Shown here one piece after another: positions 10,312-20,692 of a stretch of 64,000 bases of DNA (positions within the stretch are counted from its first letter, which is position 1; each line of letters begins with the position of its first letter). The stretch covers positions 448,001 to 512,000 of the forward strand of contig CAWKNZ010000007.1 of the NCBI GenBank assembly GCA_963851265.1, in the 5' to 3' direction. Made by a program: the position numbers and the translations under genes. Below the pieces are notes generated by a model. That model did no database searches and had not been told where the DNA came from. It worked only from the letters and a program-made list of their open reading frames with translations. Source of the stretch: an uncultured Gemmatimonadales bacterium. Lineage in GTDB: Bacteria; Gemmatimonadota; Gemmatimonadetes; Gemmatimonadales; Gemmatimonadaceae.

Positions 10312-11034
10312 GTGCCAGACGAACCCGTCTCCGACCGCCGGTTCCAGATCGTCGATGCCGCTGCGCGCCTCGTCGCGCAGCGCGGCTTCGCGGGAACCTC
10401 GGTCGACGACGTGATCCGCGAGGCGCGCCTGAGCGGAAAGAGCCACTTCTACCACTACTTCCGGTCGAAGGAAGAGCTCGGCTACGCGGTCCTCGACCGC
10501 CAGTTCGATCGCTTCGCCGAACGCGGGCTCGCGGTGCTCCGCGAACCGATGATCGATCCGCTCACCCGACTCGCGCTGTTCATCGACGCGCTCGTGGGCG
10601 TGCAGGTCGCCCGCGGGTGCCGGGAGGGGTCGCCGTTCGGCACGCTCGCCGCCGAACTCGCCGACGCGCACGACGGATTCCGCGCGCGGATCGCCAGCGT
10701 CTTCGAGCAGTGGACGGCGCAACTCGGGTCGCTGCTTCTCGAAGCACGCGGGCAACTCGTGGACGGGGTCGACGTCGCACGACTCGCGCGGTTCATCATC
10801 GCGACGCTCGAGGGTGCGATGCTGATGGCGCGCGTGGCACGCGACGCGGCGGCGCTGCAGGGCATCGCGTACGACCTCAAGCGATTCGTCGCGATGCACA
10901 TGCGCGAACCCGGCCGGTATGCCGAGCCCCTGCCAGCCCGTCCGGCACGCGTCACGCAATCGCCGGTCGCGCCGGGGCCCGAAGCCATCGTCCCGCGGGT
11001 GTCGCGGCCATCCGGCGCGGCGTCAGGGGCGTAA
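10312..11034 (+). CDS. TetR/AcrR family regulator (NemR-like)
   Basis: GFAGTSVDDVIREARLSGKSHFYHYFRSKEEL HTH; LEGAMLMARV C-terminus. Confidence 0.9.
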   Translation: MPDEPVSDRRFQIVDAAARLVAQRGFAGTSVDDVIREARLSGKSHFYHYFRSKEELGYAVLDRQFDRFAERGLAVLREPMIDPLTRLALFIDALVGVQVARGCREGSPFGTLAAELADAHDGFRARIASVFEQWTAQLGSLLLEARGQLVDGVDVARLARFIIATLEGAMLMARVARDAAALQGIAYDLKRFVAMHMREPGRYAEPLPARPARVTQSPVAPGPEAIVPRVSRPSGAASGA

Positions 11035-11197
11035 GTCGGGTAGGGGTGGTCGGGTACGGGCATCGCGGACGGAACGCGATCGGCAGGGCGGGACCGCACA
11101 AACGCAACACGACAGTCCGGACCACAGGTACGAGCGACACACGCAAGCATGCGGAGCCCAGGGTGGGCTCCTTCACCGGGGTGGTGGGGACGACGAG

Positions 11198-11851
11198 ATG
11201 GCGACGATCGACAACGCCCGCGACGCGCGGAGCGTAGCAGAGGTCGAACCGGGCGAGCCGGCGGCCGCGGAGCCGGTACTCACGGCCGAGGAGCGCGCCG
11301 CACGGCGCGCACAGTTTGAGCGCGAGGCGCTCCAGCATCTCGACGCGCTGTACTCGTTCGCGCTGAAACTCGCGCGCGGGCGCGACGACGCCGAGGACCT
11401 CGTGTCCGACACGCTCCTTCGCGCGTTCGAGCGCTGGGAGCAGTACCGGCTCGGGACGAACATCCGCGCCTGGCTGTTCACGATTCTCTATCACGTGTTC
11501 GTGAGCCGCAAGCGGCGCGTCGACGCGCGCGAGGTGCAGGCGCACGAGGACGCCGACGGCTGGACCGCGCACGAGCCCGTGGGCGAGGCGGACCCCGAGG
11601 GTCGGTTCTACGATTCGTTTCTCGACGAGGAAATCACCCGTGCCATCAGCACGCTCCCCGACGAGTACCGATCGGCCGTCCTGCTGAGCGACGTGCAGGG
11701 TTTGCGCTACGCCGAGATCGCGGAGGTGCTCCACGTGCCCGAGGGGACGGTCAAGTCACGCCTGTTCCGCGGCCGTCGCATCCTGCAGCGCAAGCTCGCG
11801 CGCTACGCGGTCGAGATGGGCTACCTCAAGCTGACCCCGACGCCCGTCTGA
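11198..11851 (+). CDS. ECF RNA polymerase sigma factor (SigR/SigH-like)
   Basis: DAEDLVSDT, GTNIRAWLFTIL, YAEIAEVL-GTVKSRLFRGR. Confidence 0.92.
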   Translation: MATIDNARDARSVAEVEPGEPAAAEPVLTAEERAARRAQFEREALQHLDALYSFALKLARGRDDAEDLVSDTLLRAFERWEQYRLGTNIRAWLFTILYHVFVSRKRRVDAREVQAHEDADGWTAHEPVGEADPEGRFYDSFLDEEITRAISTLPDEYRSAVLLSDVQGLRYAEIAEVLHVPEGTVKSRLFRGRRILQRKLARYAVEMGYLKLTPTPV

Positions 11852-12499
11852 TCGGCCGCGGTGGCGGGCGGCCTTCGCGCGGTTGCCGCAGGTGGCCATG
11901 GCACACCAGCGGCGGCCGCCGTTGCGCGTCGCGTCCACGAAGGCACGTCCACACCGCGGGTCCGCGCACGTGCGGACGCGCCCGGCCGTGCCCGCGACGA
12001 GCATGTCGGCCGCCGAATCGACGACGGGAACGAGGAGTCCGGCGAACGCGTCCCCCACGGTCGCGAACGTTCGCGAGTAGGCGCCTTCGGGCCGCCGTTC
12101 GAGGCGTCGCATGCCGGCGCTCCGGCCGAGCACGCGATTGATCTCGGCGAGCGCGTCGGTCTCGGCGCGCGTGCGACGGAGCGCCGCGGCGGCGCCGGCC
12201 GCGTGCACGGCCGTGTCGGCAAGGCCGCGGAGCGCGGCCCGCACACGGCGTGCGTCGACGAGGACGGCCGCCGCCCCCGAGGGCTGCTGTTCGGCCCGCC
12301 GCCGGATGCTCGGCCCGCGCTCGGCGTCGAGCGCGGCGTTCGCGACGAGCCACGACACGAAGCGATCGAAGTCGAGCAGCACGTCCGTCGCCACGTCGGC
12401 GCCGTGCCCCGGGCCCGAGTTGAGGAACGCCACCCAGAGCGGCTCTGCGGGCGGTGTCCCGCCGTGTTCCGGCTCGTGCATCGAAGGACGAGAAGGCAT
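11756..12499 (-). CDS. ABATE/CGNR zinc-finger protein
   Basis: AFLNS N-terminus; CADPRC-FVDATRNGGRRWCAMATCGNRAK. Confidence 0.88.
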   Translation of the reverse strand: MPSRPSMHEPEHGGTPPAEPLWVAFLNSGPGHGADVATDVLLDFDRFVSWLVANAALDAERGPSIRRRAEQQPSGAAAVLVDARRVRAALRGLADTAVHAAGAAAALRRTRAETDALAEINRVLGRSAGMRRLERRPEGAYSRTFATVGDAFAGLLVPVVDSAADMLVAGTAGRVRTCADPRCGRAFVDATRNGGRRWCAMATCGNRAKAARHRGRSDGRRGQLEVAHLDRVARELALQDATAAEQA

Positions 12500-12584
12500 C
12501 GCGTCACCATGCACGCCAACCCCGGGCGAGACAAGCGGCGCGCGCCGACTGCGATAGGGCCGGGGTGACCTTACATTCGCGACG

Positions 12585-13178
12585 ATGTCGAGCGCGTCGC
12601 CGTCGTCCCACCCGCCACTCGCCCATCTGCGCACGGTCGCGGTGGGGTCCACCAACCCCGTGAAGGTGGCGGCGGTCCGTGCGGTGTTCGCCCGGCTCGC
12701 ACCCGACGCGACCGTGGAGGGAGTGGCAGTACCGTCCGGCGTTCCCGACCAGCCGTGGGGCGACGCGCAGACCCGCCAGGGCGCAGCGGCGCGCGCGACT
12801 GCTGCCCTCGTGCGCCTCGGCGCCGACGTCGGTGTGGGGCTCGAAGGCGGCGTGGTGGACGAGGGCGGCGCCGATGCGACCGTCGCCCGCCAGCTCCGCA
12901 CGTGCGCGTGGGCCGCGGTCGCGATCGCGGGTGGCGGCGTACACCTCGGCGGGTCGCTGGCGATGCCACTCCCGGCGGTCGTTGCCGAGCGCGTGCGGGC
13001 CGGCGAGGAGCTCGGCCACGCAATGGACGCGCTGCTCGGCACGTCGGGAACGAAGCACGCCGGGGGCGCGGTCGGCGTGCTCACGGCCGGGCTGATCGAC
13101 CGCCGCCAAGCGTACGAGGTGATTCTCACCTACGCGCTCGCCCCGCTCCTCGCGCCCCCCCTGGGCGGGGTGGCGTGA
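12585..13178 (+). CDS. yjjX: Inosine/xanthosine triphosphatase
   Basis: VGSTNPVK, SGVPDQP, VGLEGG, GEELG, GAVGVLT. Confidence 0.88.
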   Translation: MSSASPSSHPPLAHLRTVAVGSTNPVKVAAVRAVFARLAPDATVEGVAVPSGVPDQPWGDAQTRQGAAARATAALVRLGADVGVGLEGGVVDEGGADATVARQLRTCAWAAVAIAGGGVHLGGSLAMPLPAVVAERVRAGEELGHAMDALLGTSGTKHAGGAVGVLTAGLIDRRQAYEVILTYALAPLLAPPLGGVA

Positions 13179-13687
13179 GCGGGGACGCTCTCGCAGGGCG
13201 GGAGGGTGAGCGGCGCGCGGTGCTCGGGCCGCCGGCGGGCGCATTCGAGGTAGTGGCGCGTGCCGAGTGGGCCGACGTGGATCCGGTGGGCATCGTGCGG
13301 TACGGGGCGTACCCGCGGCTGCTGGACGTGGCCGAGGCCGAGGTGTTCCGGTCGGCGGGTCTCGAGTACCCGCGGCTCGAGACCGAGTACGGCATCGTGC
13401 TCGTGCGGCGCGTGCTGCACCTCGAGTACCTGACGCCGGCCCGGTACGACGCCGTGTTGCGCGTCGCGCTGTGGGTGGTGCGGGCCGGGCAGAGCGCGCT
13501 GACGTTCGGCGTCGCGGTGCGGGACGGCGCCGGCGACGTCGTGCACGTGGTCGGGCAGGTGGTGGTCGTGGCGGTCGGCGCGGGCACGCTCGCCAAGCGG
13601 CGATTGCCGGGCGATCTGGTGGCCCGCCTGGGTGCGGTGACCGCGATCGAGGACGCGCTCGGGGCGCGGCGTCACGCCGGCTCGTAG
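13175..13687 (+). CDS. Acyl-CoA thioesterase (hotdog fold)
   Basis: WADVDPVGIVRYGAYPR, EYLTPARYD; GTGA overlap with yjjX. Confidence 0.8.
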   Translation: MSGDALAGREGERRAVLGPPAGAFEVVARAEWADVDPVGIVRYGAYPRLLDVAEAEVFRSAGLEYPRLETEYGIVLVRRVLHLEYLTPARYDAVLRVALWVVRAGQSALTFGVAVRDGAGDVVHVVGQVVVVAVGAGTLAKRRLPGDLVARLGAVTAIEDALGARRHAGS

Positions 13688-13750
13688 CCGCGCCGCGCGC
13701 CGGCCGGCGCGCGTGGGAGCCCGGCCGACCGGTGGGGGTATATTGCGCGC

Positions 13751-15007
13751 ATGGCGACTCTTGACTCTGCGATGTACGTCCGGAAGGGGTTCGGCCTGAA
13801 GGCCGAGGTCCAGGCGACGCTGGCGGCCGACTACGACGGGCGGCTCGTGGACCTGCTGCGCGCGCGGAACTACACGCTCGAGGCCGGTGGCATGACGGTG
13901 CGGCTCGCGCGCGAGTTCGGCTTCTGCTACGGGGTGGAGCGTGCGGTCGACTACGCCTACCAGACGCGGGCCAAGTTCCCCGAGCGGCGGGTCTGGCTCG
14001 CCGGGGAGATCATCCACAACCCGCACGTGAACGCGCGCCTGCGGGAGATGGGGGTCGGGTTCCTCGCGCTCGCGCCGGTGGCGGCCGAGGCGCCGGCGTT
14101 CGACTACGGGCCGGTGGCGGCCGACGACGTGGTGATCCTGCCGGCGTTCGGGGTCACGATCCACGACTTCGCCGCGCTGCGGGCGCTCGGCTGCGTGGTG
14201 GTCGACACGACGTGCGGCTCGGTGCTGAACGTGTGGAAGCGGGTGGACGCCTACGCGCGCGACGGCTTCACGGCGCTCATCCACGGGAAGTACTCGCACG
14301 AGGAGACGCGGGCGACGGCGAGTCAGGTGCAGAAGCACCCGCGGGGGCGGTGGCTGGTGGTGCGGGACCTCGACGAGGCGCGGCTGGTGTGCGAGTACGT
14401 GGAGGGGCGCGGCGAGCGGGCGGCGTTCCTCGCGCGATTCGCGCGGGCGGCCTCGCCGGATTTCGACCCGGATCGCGATTTAGCGCGGGTCGGGGTCGCG
14501 AACCAGACGACCATGCTCGCGCGCGAGTCGCTCGCGATCGCGGAGCTCGTCGGCGCCGCGGTGGCGCGCGCGCGGGGCGAGGCGTACCGCGCGGAGAATT
14601 TCCGCTCCTTCGACACTATCTGCTCGGCGACGCAGGACCGGCAGGACGCGGTCGCCGAGTTGTTAGGCGAGCCGCTGGACGCGATGCTCGTGGTGGGCGG
14701 CTACAACTCGAGCAACACGATGTCGCTCGCGGCGCTGTGCGCGGAGCACGTGCCGACGTACCACATCGAGAGCCCGGAGGCGGTGGACGTGGCGCGGGGG
14801 GCGGTGCGGTACCGGCCGGCGGGCGCGCACACGTCGGAGGTGGAGGCGGAGGGGTGGCTCGGGGCGGGGCCCGTGCGGGTGGGGCTGACCGCCGGCGCGA
14901 GCACGCCGAACAGCAAGATCGGCGAGACGGTGGCGAGGCTGCTGGCGATGCGCGGCGTGCGCGCGGAGGCGCTGCTCGCCGAAGCGGACGCGGCGTTAGC
15001 CGCGTGA
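13751..15007 (+). CDS. ispH: 4-hydroxy-3-methylbut-2-enyl diphosphate reductase
   Basis: FGFCYGVERA, EIIHN, DTTC, TICSATQDRQ, SSNT, TAGASTP. Confidence 0.95.
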   Translation: MATLDSAMYVRKGFGLKAEVQATLAADYDGRLVDLLRARNYTLEAGGMTVRLAREFGFCYGVERAVDYAYQTRAKFPERRVWLAGEIIHNPHVNARLREMGVGFLALAPVAAEAPAFDYGPVAADDVVILPAFGVTIHDFAALRALGCVVVDTTCGSVLNVWKRVDAYARDGFTALIHGKYSHEETRATASQVQKHPRGRWLVVRDLDEARLVCEYVEGRGERAAFLARFARAASPDFDPDRDLARVGVANQTTMLARESLAIAELVGAAVARARGEAYRAENFRSFDTICSATQDRQDAVAELLGEPLDAMLVVGGYNSSNTMSLAALCAEHVPTYHIESPEAVDVARGAVRYRPAGAHTSEVEAEGWLGAGPVRVGLTAGASTPNSKIGETVARLLAMRGVRAEALLAEADAALAA

Positions 15008-15310
15008 GGTGCGGGGCGCCCCGCGCGGCGTGCGGGGGCGCGTGGCGACGTGCGGTGACGCGCGCGCTCTGCGGCGGGTCTATGTCTGCGTACGGCGCAT
15101 TATTGTCATTTGTTGTCGTGTGATCGCCGCGCCGCGCGCGCGGCGGCACGCACCCTGCAAAAGACGACGCCGTACGTCAAACCGATGTGCGAGCCGCGCA
15201 GGCCGAGAGTGTTCAAACGGGTTGGAATGCGCGCGCGGCCGACGTACATTGGGCCCCGTTCGCGGGCCGTTCGGTACTGAACGGTTCATTGCGGTCGCAG
15301 CACTCACGTC

Positions 15311-16150
15311 ATGCCAGGAGGCTTCGTGTCTCGCCGAAATTCGCTGTGGTTCGCTGGTGTTTCCCTCGTCGTCGTGTCGGCGGCCGCCGCGACGCACGCG
15401 GATGCCCAGACTCGCTCTGATCGTCGCGTTCGCCGCACGGGCAAGCAGCAGCCCGCCGCCGCGCCGCGTACGGATACCGTCACCGTGACGCGCTCGGACA
15501 CGGTCCGCGTGCGCGACACCGTGTTCGTCGATCGTCCGCTTCCGGCTCCGCCGCCGCGCGTCGACACCGTCCGCATTCCCCCGCCGCCGCCGCCCGTGCG
15601 GACCGGCTACTTCGCGGTGCAGGGCGGCGTTGGCTTCCCGCTCTCCAAGACCAAGGACGGCACCGGCGGCGGCGCCGGCTACACGGTCGGTCCGAGCATC
15701 TACGGCTCGATCGGCTTCAACGCGCCGCGCGGCCCGCTCGGCCTGCGCCTCGACGGCGGCTACCAGCTGCTCCGTGGCACGAACATCGGCGGCGGGTACA
15801 GCGTCAACCCGCGCACGAGCAACTACGCCAGCCCGGACCTCGCCATCTACTCCGGGACGCTTAACGGCGTGATCCGCGCCCGCTTCACGCACGACACGCT
15901 GCCCGGCGACTACGGCTCGTTCTACATCTTCGGCGGCGGCGGTGTGGCTCACGTCCGCAGCTTCCTGCAGAGCGACGTGTCGCCCAACGTCGAGTCGAAC
16001 CTCACCCGCGGCGTGCTGAACGGCGGCGCCGGTCTCGAGGTCGGTGGGCTCGGAACGGCCAAGCTCTTCGTCGAAGGCCGCTTCGTCTACATCCTGACCC
16101 CGGGTCAGAAGATCACGTACGTCCCGGTCGGCCTCGGCGTCCGCTTCTAA
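15311..16150 (+). CDS. Outer-membrane beta-barrel protein (start uncertain)
   Basis: Signal peptide, Pro-rich linker, amphipathic strands, terminal VPVGLGVRF. Confidence 0.8.
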   Translation: MPGGFVSRRNSLWFAGVSLVVVSAAAATHADAQTRSDRRVRRTGKQQPAAAPRTDTVTVTRSDTVRVRDTVFVDRPLPAPPPRVDTVRIPPPPPPVRTGYFAVQGGVGFPLSKTKDGTGGGAGYTVGPSIYGSIGFNAPRGPLGLRLDGGYQLLRGTNIGGGYSVNPRTSNYASPDLAIYSGTLNGVIRARFTHDTLPGDYGSFYIFGGGGVAHVRSFLQSDVSPNVESNLTRGVLNGGAGLEVGGLGTAKLFVEGRFVYILTPGQKITYVPVGLGVRF

Positions 16151-16215
16151 GCAGACCACGCGTGACGGGGCCTCGCGCCCCGCACGCGACCGCAGGACTC
16201 GGCACTGGACCACAG

Positions 16216-16259
16216 CGTGAACCGCCCGCGGCGATGACCATCGCCGCGGGCGGTTCACG
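16216..16259 (+). terminator. 21-bp perfect inverted repeat, likely terminator
   Basis: CGTGAACCGCCCGCGGCGATG-AC-CATCGCCGCGGGCGGTTCACG downstream of the OMP gene. Confidence 0.7.
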
Positions 16260-16302
16260 TTACGGAATCCCCAACGCACCGGCTCGCGCTCCAGCCACGC
16301 CC

Positions 16303-17561
<1,259 letters not shown>

Positions 17562-17565
<4 letters not shown>

Positions 17566-18713
17566 ACGCGGCGCCCGACCCCGACGCGCCACAGGCGGTC
17601 CGCGCGGGCGAGGAGCTCGATGCGGCGCGTCTGGCCGCGTTCCTGGGGGGGCACGTGCCGGGGCTCGCCGGAGTCGAGGCCGGCGACATCAAGGTTGCGC
17701 AGTTCGGCGGTGGGTTCTCGAACCTCACCTACCTCGTCCGCGTCGGCGAGGCCGGTGGCACGACGCTCGATCTCGTGCTGCGGCGGCCACCCTTCGGCGC
17801 GCGCCGCGGGACCGGCAGCGGGTTCGCGCACGACGTCCTGCGCGAGTACCGCCTGCTCGCGGCACTGCGGCCCGCAAGCGGTCCGGCGCCGTTCACGCGG
17901 GTGCCGCGCGTCGTCGCGGCGTGCGAGGACCCCGCGGTGCTCGGTGCACCGTTCTTCCTCATGGAGCGCGTCGCCGGCGTCATCCTGCGCGGTCGCCCGG
18001 GCGACCCCATCCCCGACGCCCCCACGCTGCGCGGCCTGAGCGAGCGTTTCGTCGCCGAACTGGCCGCGCTTCACGCCGTCGATTGGCGGGCGAACGGGCT
18101 GGCCGAGTTCGGACGACCGGCGGGGTATGTCGCGCGCCAGGTGAGCGGATGGCGCGGGCGCTGGGTTGCCGCGCGCACCGGCGACGTTGCCGCCGTCGAC
18201 CGCCTGGCCGAGTGGCTCGACGCGCACCAGCCGCCCGAGCCCGCGGACGCGCTCGACCGGGCGACGCTGCTGCACAACGATTTCAAGTACGACAACTTCG
18301 TCCTCGACCCGGGCGACCTGACCCGCGTGGTCGGGGTACTGGACTGGGAGATGGCGACGGTCGGCGCCCCGCTCATGGATCTCGGAACCTCGCTCGCATA
18401 CTGGCTGGAGTCAGACGATCCGCCGGTGCTGCGCGGGCTCGGACTCGGCGTCACGGCGGCGGCGGGCAACATGACGCGCGCCGAACTCGTCGAGGCGTAC
18501 GGTCGGGCGACCGGTCGCGACGTGAGCGATGCGCTGTTCTACTTCGCGTATGGCGTGTTCAAGCTCGCCGTGGTCGCACAACAAATCTTTGCGCGGTACG
18601 CGGCAGGGCACACGCGCGACCCGCGTTTCGCGACGCTCGATTCGGTCGTCCTGGCGCTGGGAACGCTCGGTGAGCGCGCCGTCGTCGCGGGACGGATCGA
18701 CCGCCTCGGGTAG
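17562..18713 (+). CDS. Phosphotransferase (APH-like, ACAD10/11 partner type)
   Basis: GGFSNLTY, VLRRPP, HDVLRE, HNDFKYDN, LDWEMAT; GTGA overlap. Confidence 0.9.
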
Positions 18714-18787
18714 CATCGAGTCGGTGGTCGTCCTACGGTTGCATGGCGTGCAACTCGCTATATTGCAGGAGTGTAAGACAGCAGCAC

Positions 18788-18952
18788 GGCGCGTCGGGAA
18801 GACTCTTGTTTTGACCCGACACTTTTGAAGCCGGGGACCGTCTACGTCTCGTCAACGTCATGCCCCAGTGCGGGGACGGCGGAAGGCGGGGGGCCGGCCA
18901 CCCAACTGATGTCACAAGCATCGGGGCTTCAAAACAACCTTTCCGGCGCGCC
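18788..18952 (+). ncRNA. ssrS: 6S RNA
   Basis: Ends pair (GGCGCGTCGGGAAG with CTTTCCGGCGCGCC; TTGTTTTGA with TCAAAACAA); TTTGACC-ACTTTT and GGCCACCCAACTG-GGGCTTCAAAACAA segments resemble Bacillus-type 6S; -10 upstream and terminator downstream. Confidence 0.8.
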
Positions 18953-18954
18953 AC

Positions 18955-18994
18955 GAGAATGGGGGGCCTCGAGCGATCGAGGTCCCCCATTCTC
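18955..18994. terminator. Hairpin terminator between 6S RNA and convergent msrB
   Basis: GAGAATGGGGGGCCTCGA-GCGA-TCGAGGTCCCCCATTCTC. Confidence 0.8.
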
Positions 18995-19018
18995 ACGTCC
19001 GCCTGCCCGCGACCTCGC

Positions 19019-19441
19019 TCACTCGACCAATGCGGGAAGCGGCTCGCCATCCGGGACGAACGTGAGCGCGACGCCGTTGTTGCAGTAGCGCTGCCCCGTC
19101 GGCTCCGGACCGTCGTCGAACACGTGGCCCTGGTGGCCGCCGCAGCGGCTACAGTGGTACTCCGTGCGTGGCCAGACGAGCTTGAAATCGCGCTTCGTCG
19201 CGACCTTGCCGGACAGTGGCTCGAAGAAGCTGGGCCAGCCCGTGCCGCTCTCGAACTTGGCGTCGCTGCGGAAGAGGGGGTTGTGGCACGCCGCGCACAC
19301 GAAGGTGCCCGCGCGCTTCTCGCGGTTGAGCGGGCTGGTGCCCGCACGCTCGGTGCCTTCCTCGAAGAGCACGTGGAACGCCTCCCGGGGGAGCGCGTCC
19401 CGCCACTCGGCCTTCGGCTTCTCGACTCTCGTCTCGCTCAT
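19019..19441 (-). CDS. msrB: Peptide-methionine (R)-S-oxide reductase
   Basis: GTERA, CAAC, KFESGTGWPSF, CSRCGGHQGHVFDDGP, RYCNNG. Confidence 0.95.
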   Translation of the reverse strand: MSETRVEKPKAEWRDALPREAFHVLFEEGTERAGTSPLNREKRAGTFVCAACHNPLFRSDAKFESGTGWPSFFEPLSGKVATKRDFKLVWPRTEYHCSRCGGHQGHVFDDGPEPTGQRYCNNGVALTFVPDGEPLPALVE

Positions 19442-19510
19442 CTCGCGATCACCGTGGATTGTCGTCCCGAGCCCCGCCGCGGCCACTTCGTGTCGCCGCG
19501 ACAATAAACG

Positions 19511-20689
<1,179 letters not shown>

Positions 20690-20692
20690 CGA

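Noticed and set aside
18825..19088. 87-aa ORF in the intergenic region
   Set aside because: It overlaps the 6S RNA, the terminator and msrB, and shows no protein-like features
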